Part shown: positions 56,570 to 64,000 of the stretch, piece after piece
Position numbering within the stretch: the stretch's first letter is position 1
Layout of the letters: each line of letters starts with the position of its first letter
Source: Polyangiales bacterium
GTDB lineage: Bacteria > Myxococcota_A > Polyangia > Polyangiales > Polyangiaceae
Assembly (NCBI GenBank): GCA_038231275.1
Contig: JBBRLQ010000003.1
Location: 416,001 to 480,000 of the forward strand
Length of the DNA: 64,000 nt
Direction of reading: 5' to 3'
The notes under the pieces: generated by a model
What the model was told of the DNA's origin: nothing
What the model saw: only the letters and a program-made list of their open reading frames with translations
The model's database searches: none
Translations under genes and position numbers: made by a program

Positions 56570-59374
56570 GTGAGTGCCGCACCGACGCCGTCAGACGAGG
56601 AGGGGCGCCTCCGGGCACTTCTTGCCTACGACGTCCTCGACAGCGAGGCCGAAGGCGGCTTCGACGAGCTCGCCGAGCTCGCCAGACAGATCTGCGCCAC
56701 CTCCGTCGCGCTGATCACGCTCGTCGACTCAAAGCGGCAGTGGTTCAAGTCCCGCTTGGCGTTCGCGCCCCAAGAGACCCCGCGTGACATCTCTTTTTGC
56801 GCGCACGCCATCCTCCGCCCGGAGGTCATGGTGGTCCCCGACGCGACGCGCGACCCGAGATTTGCCGCCAACCCTTTGGTCACGGGCGATCCCTTCATCC
56901 GCTTCTACGCAGGCGCGCCACTGATCGCGCCGAGCGGCCACGCGCTCGGAACGGTGGCCGTGCTGCACGACGCGCCCCGCGAGCTCGACGACACCCAACG
57001 GAGCGCCATGGCCATGCTCGCTCGTCGGGCGGTCGACCAGCTCGAGCTGCGTCGGCGAGTGACGCGCGCTAAGGACGACGGCGAGTCTCAGAAGGACGCA
57101 CTCCTGGCGGCGTCGCTCGACTCCGTCATCGTCATCGATTCCAGCGGGCGCATCGTGGAGTTCAACCCGAGCGCCGAGCAGACCTTCGGCTTCACGCGCG
57201 GGGAGGTGGTCGGGCGATTGCTCGTCGACGTGATCATTCCGACGTCGCTGCGCGCCCCGCATCGCAAGGGGTTTGCACACTACCTGGCCACGGGCGAGGA
57301 GCGGATGATGAACCGGCGCGTTGAAACGGTCGCTCTGCGCGCCGACGGCGTCGAGATTCCGGTGGAGCTCGCCATCGCCCGGCTTGGCGGGAGCGAGCCG
57401 CGGAGGTTCGTAGGGTTTCTTCGTGACGTCTCCGAGCGCAAGCGCGCCGAGGCGGCGGTCCGTCAGGACGTGGAGCGCTTTCGGCTCGTCGCGCGCGCCA
57501 CCAACGACGTGGTCTGGGACTGGGACATCGTGAAAGACCGCCTCTGGTGGGGCGACGGCTTCCAAACCCTGTTCGGCTACTCGCCCGCGGAGGTCGAGGC
57601 CGGCCGGGAGTCCTGGACGACGCGCCTGCACGCGGACGATCACGATCGAGTGAAGGCCGGCTTCCAGCGGGTCGTCGAGGATCACGGCCAGTACTGGACC
57701 GACGAGTACCGCTTTCGCCGGCACGATGGCTCGTTTGCCGAGGTTCTGGATCGGGGCTACGTGATCCGAAGCGCCGGCGGCGATCCGATTCGGATGGTCG
57801 GCGCGATGATGGACGTTACGGCGCGCAACCTCGCGCAGGAGCAAATCCGTCAGTCGGAGGAGAGGTACCGCGACCTCTTCGAGGACGTCGGCGAAGCCAT
57901 CTTCACGCTCTCGCCGGAGGGCGAAGTCACCTCCATGAACCGGGCAGCCGAGGCGATGTTGGGCGGACCACGGGACTCCTGGATTGGGCTCCCGTTCGCG
58001 CCGCTCGTACACGCGGAGGAGCGGGAATCGGTGCTGAAGCGGTTTGCGCAGGTGCTGCGTGGCGAAGCTCCACCTACCTTCGAGGTTCATCTCACAGCAT
58101 CCTCGGCCCGTGAGGCGAACATCGAGCTCACGTTGACGCCGAGAAGGGCGGGCGGGCGGCTCGTCGGCATCCTCGGCATCGGCCGCGACATCGCGGAGCG
58201 GAAGCGCCTGGAAGAGCAGCTTCGGCAGTCACAGAAGTTGGAGGCCATGGGGCAGCTCTCTGGCGGCGTGGCGCACGATTTCAACAACCTGCTCACCGTC
58301 ATCCAATGCGGCGCGGAGCTGCTCGACGAAACGAGCGAAGCGTCCGAGCTCAAAGAGCGCGTGGCGGAGATCCAGGACGCCGCAGCGCGCGGAGCGAGGC
58401 TCACTCGTCAGCTACTCGTCGCGAGCCGAAGGCAGGCCATGCGACCTACGGCCGTCGATCTCAACGAAGTCGCGCGTGAACTCGTCAAGATGCTCACGCG
58501 TATCGTCGGCGAAGACATCTCGGTCCGGTGCGAATACGCAGCGTTGCTTCCGGTCATCCGCGCGGACGCCGGAATGCTCGAGCAAGTCCTCTTGAATCTC
58601 GTGGTGAACGCCCGCGACGCGATGCCGGGCGGCGGAAGGCTGACGATCTCGACCAGCGCCCCAACCATCGATGAGACGGCCGCGAAGCGCCATCCCGAGG
58701 CGGTCGTCGGCCCATGTGTATGCCTCTGCGTTCGCGACACCGGGGGCGGCATCCCGCCCGCCGTCCTTCCGCGCATCTTCGAAGCGTTTTTCACTACGAA
58801 GGCGGTGGGCAAAGGGTCGGGACTGGGACTCGCGACCGTCTACGGAATCGCCAAACAACACGGAGGCTGGATTGAGGTGGAGAGCACCGTCGGAGAGGGC
58901 ACTTCGTTCGCCGTCTACCTTCCCATCGGGGAGACGGCCGCGCTTCCCTCGAAGGCACCCGCAGCATGGCTCGTCGGCTCGCGAGGCGGCAACGAAACGA
59001 TCCTCCTCGTGGAGGACGACCCTGCGGTGAGGGCGCTCGCAGCCCGAGTGCTTGCCCGCCAAGGCTACGAGATCCTCGAGGCGCCTTCCGGTGTCGCGGC
59101 GCTCGAGGTATGGCGGCATCACCGCGATCGGGTCGACCTCCTCGTCACGGATCTCGTCATGCCTGGCGGGATGACGGGCCGTGAGTTGGCCGACCGACTG
59201 CGGGGCGAGCGCCCGCGGCTCAAGGTCCTTTACGCGAGCGGGTACAGCGCGGACTTCGTCGGCCCCGGCGCTGAGTTGATCGAGGGCCGCAATTTCCTAC
59301 AGAAGCCCTACCGTCCGGATCGTCTCGCGGAGCTCGTTCGCGACTGCCTGGACCGTCCGAGCGCGCCGCTCTAG
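56570..59374 (+). CDS. Hybrid sensor histidine kinase (GAF-PAS-PAS-PAS-HisKA-HATPase-REC)
   Basis: IRFYAGAPL, FNPSAEQTFG, WDWD, AHDFNNLL, NLVVNARDAM, GSGLGL, LVEDD, TDLVMPG, FLQKP. Confidence 0.95.
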   Translation: MSAAPTPSDEEGRLRALLAYDVLDSEAEGGFDELAELARQICATSVALITLVDSKRQWFKSRLAFAPQETPRDISFCAHAILRPEVMVVPDATRDPRFAANPLVTGDPFIRFYAGAPLIAPSGHALGTVAVLHDAPRELDDTQRSAMAMLARRAVDQLELRRRVTRAKDDGESQKDALLAASLDSVIVIDSSGRIVEFNPSAEQTFGFTRGEVVGRLLVDVIIPTSLRAPHRKGFAHYLATGEERMMNRRVETVALRADGVEIPVELAIARLGGSEPRRFVGFLRDVSERKRAEAAVRQDVERFRLVARATNDVVWDWDIVKDRLWWGDGFQTLFGYSPAEVEAGRESWTTRLHADDHDRVKAGFQRVVEDHGQYWTDEYRFRRHDGSFAEVLDRGYVIRSAGGDPIRMVGAMMDVTARNLAQEQIRQSEERYRDLFEDVGEAIFTLSPEGEVTSMNRAAEAMLGGPRDSWIGLPFAPLVHAEERESVLKRFAQVLRGEAPPTFEVHLTASSAREANIELTLTPRRAGGRLVGILGIGRDIAERKRLEEQLRQSQKLEAMGQLSGGVAHDFNNLLTVIQCGAELLDETSEASELKERVAEIQDAAARGARLTRQLLVASRRQAMRPTAVDLNEVARELVKMLTRIVGEDISVRCEYAALLPVIRADAGMLEQVLLNLVVNARDAMPGGGRLTISTSAPTIDETAAKRHPEAVVGPCVCLCVRDTGGGIPPAVLPRIFEAFFTTKAVGKGSGLGLATVYGIAKQHGGWIEVESTVGEGTSFAVYLPIGETAALPSKAPAAWLVGSRGGNETILLVEDDPAVRALAARVLARQGYEILEAPSGVAALEVWRHHRDRVDLLVTDLVMPGGMTGRELADRLRGERPRLKVLYASGYSADFVGPGAELIEGRNFLQKPYRPDRLAELVRDCLDRPSAPL

Positions 59375-59462
59375 GCGAGGCCTCGAGGGAAGATCCAACG
59401 GCCCGCTTCGGTATCACACGGCGAAATCCTGTGCCGGGCGCGAAAATCCAGGGAAACGAACG

Positions 59463-61244
59463 ATGAAGCAGTTCCGTCTGACAGGTCTTGGCGTGCTCGC
59501 GACGGTGGCGACGGTGGCAGCCTGCGGCGGCGGTTCGGCCGTACCCGGCACCCATTCGGCGGCCAACGTTCAGTCGAACGCGATGGCGGGCACGTTCGCG
59601 GGGCAGAACAAGTGCAACGCGAAGAACCAGGAGCGCCCGTTCGTCATCGAGTGGGACGCGACGGACATGTCGAGCTTCGAGTCGCGCGCCGCGAACGACG
59701 TCATCTTCGTCCACTACGAAGGGTGTGATCTGAAGATCCTCGATTCGTGCGTGAACGACTCGGTCAAGGGATCGCTCGGTTCGTACAAGCCGGTGGACTG
59801 GACGAGCGGTTCGCTCGAGGCGCTCGACATCAATAGCCAGGGCGAGCTCTACGCCAAGCTGCCGCTCGGCGCTGCGTCGCTCGGCGGGCGCGTCGAGGGC
59901 GGTGAGAAGTTCCACATGGAATACTTCGTCAGCGGCACCCGCAGCGCGACGCGGGACGCCGTGTTCAAGGCCGACGTCGAAAAAATCTCCGGCTGCAAAG
60001 GCGCGACGCACTTCGTCTACGCCTACAACTTGGGTGCGTTCGCGCTCGGCGCGCAGTCGAACATGAAGGGCACCGTCGGAGGCAGCGCGTTCGGTTTCGG
60101 CGCCGGGGGGAGCCGCTCGAGCGAGTCGAAGGCCGACAAGCAAGGTGGCGTGCTTGCGAGTTGCCGCGCCGAGAGCGCGAAGGACGTGCAGACGTGCACG
60201 GTCCCGATCCGTCTCACGCTCCGTGAGCTCACGGACGGACAGAGCGCCGACGCGAAGGAGGCGTTGGCCCCCGAGACACCCGAGGCCTATAACCTCGCCG
60301 CGCGCCTCAAGGCGACGAACGATCGCGAGCGAAAGGCGCAAGGCCACGCGGAGACGGCGCGCGAGAAGATGGTGTCGCGCGACGGCAAGGGCTGCGTGGC
60401 GGAGTTGGACAAGCACGACAAGCTCGACCCGCGCCCGAGCGGACTCTCCACGAACAGCGCGTCGTACTACTCCGTCGTCCGCGGGCAGTGCCTGATGCTC
60501 GGCGGGCAATGCGCGGTGGGAAAGACCGTCTTACGCAAGACGCTCGAGAAGACGCAAGGCGCCATGTCGACGCCCGAGGCCATCGACGGCCAGGTCGACG
60601 GGATCGCGGGAATGTACTGCCAAGGGGCCTCCATGGGCGGCCGCGACCGGATCCTCCAGGCATCCATGGCGCTCGGCTCCACGAAGACCGCCGCGGTGTG
60701 CAACGATCACATCAAGGCCCTGAAGGACCTCATCCCGACGACCGCTCCGAAGGACGAAGACGACCACCAAGTCCTCGGCGCGCCGGACATCCTCCGCAGC
60801 TCCGGCGTTGCATGCCTCGCGAAGGCTGGCGACTGCCAAGGAGCGTGGGCGCTCCGGCAGTACACGAGCGCGCACCCGGAGCTTTGGAAGTACGCGTCCG
60901 CCGACCGCCGCGCACAGATCGCGCAAGGCGCCAACATGCAGCAGTCGATCCTGCGCGCCGAGTTCGACATGACGACACCGAAGTGCCGCGGCCAACTCGA
61001 TGCCGTCGCCGCGCCGCCGCCGCCGACCGTGCCCACGCCTCCCGCGGCGCCGTCGGTCGAGGGGATCAAAGCAAAGTACAAAGCGGACGTCGCCAAGTGC
61101 ATGCGCGGCGAAGCCGTCGACGGGGGGAGCATGGTCGGCGGTGGGACCTGCAAAATGCTTCGCAAAGCCGCACAGACCGGCGACACATCGGAGCTCCCGA
61201 AGGGCGCCAAGGAGATGTTCCAGGAGGTCCAGAGCGGGAAGTAG
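59463..61244 (+). CDS. Large lipoprotein of unknown function
   Basis: Lipobox VAAC; beta-rich N-terminal domain with ATHFVYAYNLGA; helical Cys-containing C-terminus. Confidence 0.85.
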   Translation: MKQFRLTGLGVLATVATVAACGGGSAVPGTHSAANVQSNAMAGTFAGQNKCNAKNQERPFVIEWDATDMSSFESRAANDVIFVHYEGCDLKILDSCVNDSVKGSLGSYKPVDWTSGSLEALDINSQGELYAKLPLGAASLGGRVEGGEKFHMEYFVSGTRSATRDAVFKADVEKISGCKGATHFVYAYNLGAFALGAQSNMKGTVGGSAFGFGAGGSRSSESKADKQGGVLASCRAESAKDVQTCTVPIRLTLRELTDGQSADAKEALAPETPEAYNLAARLKATNDRERKAQGHAETAREKMVSRDGKGCVAELDKHDKLDPRPSGLSTNSASYYSVVRGQCLMLGGQCAVGKTVLRKTLEKTQGAMSTPEAIDGQVDGIAGMYCQGASMGGRDRILQASMALGSTKTAAVCNDHIKALKDLIPTTAPKDEDDHQVLGAPDILRSSGVACLAKAGDCQGAWALRQYTSAHPELWKYASADRRAQIAQGANMQQSILRAEFDMTTPKCRGQLDAVAAPPPPTVPTPPAAPSVEGIKAKYKADVAKCMRGEAVDGGSMVGGGTCKMLRKAAQTGDTSELPKGAKEMFQEVQSGK

Positions 61245-61369
61245 AGTCGCTTCGCCGATGCTCGTGTGTCCGGGCGCCGGGACACCGCCCTGTCCGGCAC
61301 CCAGGACAGTCTTCGCGCGGCCAACGTCGAAGGTCGCGGAGTTGCGGCGGGCATCTGTGTCCAAGGCGA

Positions 61370-61384
61370 CGGCACGTCGGTTGC
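61370..61384 (+). promoter_or_regulatory. Putative sigma54 promoter
   Basis: CGGCACGTCGGTTGC(T), 15 nt before ATG 61400. Confidence 0.6.
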
Positions 61385-61399
61385 TCACCACCGCGCGAC

Positions 61400-61789
61400 A
61401 TGAAAAAGAAGATCATCGCCGCCCTCATCGGCACGCTCCTCGCGGCAAGTCTGGCCGCGTGCGGTCAAGGACCGACGGGAACGGAGAGCGCGGAGCCATC
61501 GTCGAGCTCCGAGTCGGAGGCGCTCACATGCGGCCGCTGGGGGACGAACAACATCGGGGGCGGCTACGTCTCGTGCAATGCGTGTCTGCCGCAGCACCCG
61601 CCGTGCGCCGCGACGCAGTACGGCCCGCTCACCCCGGGGTACTGCTCGCCGGGGCACATCTACTGTTGGTTTCAAAAGAAGCACGCCGGGTACGTCGGCG
61701 TCGGCGCCAAGCTGTACTTCGTTCCGTCCGAAGGCTGGTGGGAGACGGAGGTCTGCAGCTACAACTGGAGCTACTGCCCGGCCAACTAG
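61400..61789 (+). CDS. Small Cys/aromatic-rich lipoprotein
   Basis: MKKKIIAALIGTLLAASLAAC lipobox, SESEALT linker, eight-Cys core. Confidence 0.8.
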   Translation: MKKKIIAALIGTLLAASLAACGQGPTGTESAEPSSSSESEALTCGRWGTNNIGGGYVSCNACLPQHPPCAATQYGPLTPGYCSPGHIYCWFQKKHAGYVGVGAKLYFVPSEGWWETEVCSYNWSYCPAN

Positions 61790-61873
61790 GTGCTACCGAT
61801 GAACCCCCATCCCCATCAAGATCGCCAGCGGCCCGTGAGCGGGACTTTGCGGGGGCGCCGCGTCCATGCTCGC

Positions 61874-63385
61874 ATGGGTCCGATGATCGAAAGGCTCCAC
61901 CTCGCGCTGGTCTTCGCGGTGCTCGTGGTCCCGGGGCTCGCTGCCGGCTGCGGTATGCCGACCCTCACCGCAAAGGACGTCGACAAGCTCGTGCTGACGA
62001 CGACCGCGAAGAACAAGTGCCGCCTCGATCGCGACGTGTTCCTCGAAGCGACCATGAAGAACGGCGACAAGCGACGAACGGGCTCGGCGTCCGAGAGCAA
62101 AGGGATCAACCTCAGCAAGGGCGTTCGCTTCGAGGCCTCGGTGGGCAAGGTCAACATCGGAGGAAAAGAGGCCGAACGAGTCTGGTGGACGCCGCCTCTC
62201 GCGCAGAGCCAGCTCCTCGACAAGGAGACCGTCACCATCACGGCGATCATGACCGAAGAGGCGGGGAAGAAGGCCGAAGTGAGCTTCCCCGTCGAGTTTG
62301 GCCGCTCTTGCGAGGTGACCCTCGCGATGGGCGGCGCGGGAGGAGCGGGCGGAGCGTTCGGATATTCGGGCGGGCAGTATTGTCAGGGCTCGACCAACGG
62401 CAGCGCCGGCGCGAACGGCGGGGACGGCGGCTCGGGTGGCTCCGGCAAGGTCCAAGTCACCACGATCGTCAGCCCGAAGCACGGTGAGCTCGTCCTCCTC
62501 AAAGGCACGAACCACGTCGGGACGGAGGAGCTGATCGTTCGCCCGGACGCGCGCGTCACGATCGACGGCAACGGCGGCAACGGCGGCGACGGCGGGCAGG
62601 GCGGCGACGGCTGCAACGCGGGCGCCAACTGCGAGAGCATCCGCAACGCGGCCCCACAGGTCGGAGACGGCGCAGACGGCGGCTCCGGAGGCAACGGCGG
62701 AAACGGCGCGGATCTCGTCATCGAGATCGATCCCCAGCACCCCGATCTGAAAAAAATGCTCGCCGTGAGCGTGACGGGCGGAAACGGTGGGGCCGCGGGC
62801 GCGGCCGGGCAGGGCGGCGCGATCCAGGTTCAGTACTGCAAGGCCCACGGGCGCAATGGCGGCGCCGGTCGTCCTGGAAATCCGGGCAGGAACGGGACCG
62901 TCCGCATCGAGGGCGCGGGCGTGGACGCGACCGTGGCGACGACGCCCGCGGCGGTGACCACGCCCGAACGACCCGGCGCGAAACCAGCGGAGGGCGGTCG
63001 CGCGGGAAAACCTGCGGCCGCCGCGCCCGGCAAGGAGGCCTGGCGCGCCGCCGGCCTCGCGGGCGACTTCACGATCAAGGTCGAGAATCGGACGTCGAAG
63101 GACATCTGCTCGATCAGCATCGAGAGCGGCAAGCTCGGCAACATCGTGAGCGGCTCTCCTCTCGCGAAGGGCGCGACGCGTGAGCTCGTGCGGACGGGCT
63201 CGCCCAAACCTGCGCCCGCGGGGACGCGCGCGAATCAGTTCGCGGTCTCGGTCGTCGCGACCTCGTGCGATGGAGCCCTCACTGGCAGCGGCACCATGGT
63301 CGTGAAGGTGGCCGACAACACGTGGCTGCTCCACGAGGGCGCGACGCCCAAGAACACGACCGCCTCGCCGCTCCGCCTGAAGTAG
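61874..63385 (+). CDS. Gly-rich (GGxGGxG) lipoprotein
   Basis: Lipobox AAGC; GNGGNGGDGGQGG tracts; C-terminal VENRTSKDICSI beta domain. Confidence 0.8.
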   Translation: MGPMIERLHLALVFAVLVVPGLAAGCGMPTLTAKDVDKLVLTTTAKNKCRLDRDVFLEATMKNGDKRRTGSASESKGINLSKGVRFEASVGKVNIGGKEAERVWWTPPLAQSQLLDKETVTITAIMTEEAGKKAEVSFPVEFGRSCEVTLAMGGAGGAGGAFGYSGGQYCQGSTNGSAGANGGDGGSGGSGKVQVTTIVSPKHGELVLLKGTNHVGTEELIVRPDARVTIDGNGGNGGDGGQGGDGCNAGANCESIRNAAPQVGDGADGGSGGNGGNGADLVIEIDPQHPDLKKMLAVSVTGGNGGAAGAAGQGGAIQVQYCKAHGRNGGAGRPGNPGRNGTVRIEGAGVDATVATTPAAVTTPERPGAKPAEGGRAGKPAAAAPGKEAWRAAGLAGDFTIKVENRTSKDICSISIESGKLGNIVSGSPLAKGATRELVRTGSPKPAPAGTRANQFAVSVVATSCDGALTGSGTMVVKVADNTWLLHEGATPKNTTASPLRLK

Positions 63386-63405
63386 TCGCGGACGATGCGT
63401 TCACT

Positions 63406-63864
63406 TCACGTGCCGGCGCCCGCCCGCTCGAGGGCGGCGATGTCGAGCTTCTTCATCTTCATCATCGCCTGCATCGCGCCGCCTTTTCCCAACAAGGCGC
63501 CGAGGTTCTTGGGGACGATTTGCCAGGAGACGCCGAACTTGTCGACGAGCCAGCCGCACTGCACCTCTTTGCCCCCGTTCTCGGTGAGCTTGGTCCAGTA
63601 GCGGTCGATCTGCGCTTGGTTCTCGCACTCCACGAACAGCGAAATCCCCTGGCTGAAGGTGAAGCTCGGCCCACCGTTGAGGACGTAGAACGTCTTGCCG
63701 AAGAGCTCGAAGGTCATCGAAAAGACCGCCCCCTTCGGACCGGGGCCGTTCTCTCCGGCGCGCATGGTGGAGAGGATTTTTCCCTCCTCGAAGACGGACA
63801 GATAGTGGTTCACGGCCTCTTCGGCGTTGCCGTTGAAGGTCAAAAACGGAGTGATTTGCGGCAT
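63406..63864 (-). CDS. VOC/PhnB-like (3-demethylubiquinone-9 3-methyltransferase domain) protein
   Basis: ITPFLTFNGNAEEAVNHYLSVF, LNGGP, QCGWLVDKFGVSWQIVP, MKKLDIA. Confidence 0.92.
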   Translation of the reverse strand: MPQITPFLTFNGNAEEAVNHYLSVFEEGKILSTMRAGENGPGPKGAVFSMTFELFGKTFYVLNGGPSFTFSQGISLFVECENQAQIDRYWTKLTENGGKEVQCGWLVDKFGVSWQIVPKNLGALLGKGGAMQAMMKMKKLDIAALERAGAGT

Positions 63865-63930
63865 GGGAAGCTCCACGGTGGGTTCGGTTGGCCTTAGCTG
63901 ACCGCCGGCGAGGCCCGGCGTCACGTGAAT

Positions 63931-63957
63931 GTCGGAGCCGTCCCACCGATTTCGACA
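63931..63957 (-). promoter_or_regulatory. Putative ECF (ECF42-like) promoter
   Basis: TGTCGA-N17-CGAC upstream of the VOC gene. Confidence 0.45.
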
Positions 63958-64000
63958 TGCCCTCTAAAGAACATTTCCCGCAGCGGCCATGATCGCGCCG

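Overview
A very GC-rich (roughly 70% by eye), gene-dense bacterial window. The content points to Myxococcota, most likely Polyangiales (Labilithrix/Polyangiaceae-like): many Cys-rich lipoproteins with DAG/DGG tethers, three Hanks-type Ser/Thr kinases, a PP2C phosphatase, and TPR/PEGA proteins. smpB is the only clear housekeeping gene. The rest is accessory: one-component regulators with visible operators (two ArsR-type/SRPBCC pairs, MerR, TetR, plus LysR and AraC), secreted hydrolases, c-type cytochromes, histidine kinases and several decayed genes. I saw no rRNA, tRNA, tmRNA, CRISPR array, integrase or transposase. The most notable items are: (1) a four-helix-bundle (IVS-protein-like) gene enclosed by a 20-bp inverted repeat, with a ~140-nt leader hairpin that occludes its SD sequence, located exactly where a CHAP gene breaks off; (2) a ~2-kb HExxH-protein cassette bracketed by ~80-bp direct repeats that duplicate the 3' end of a small gene; (3) a CarH/LitR-type triple 11-bp operator upstream of a lipocalin operon; (4) a lipoprotein with a MACPF-like motif; (5) kinase-fused and stand-alone copies of a Cys-rich plus Venus-flytrap receptor domain; (6) sigma54-type boxes 13-15 nt upstream of small lipoprotein genes; (7) two genes each broken by a single in-frame TAG. 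All family calls come from motif recognition, not database searches.
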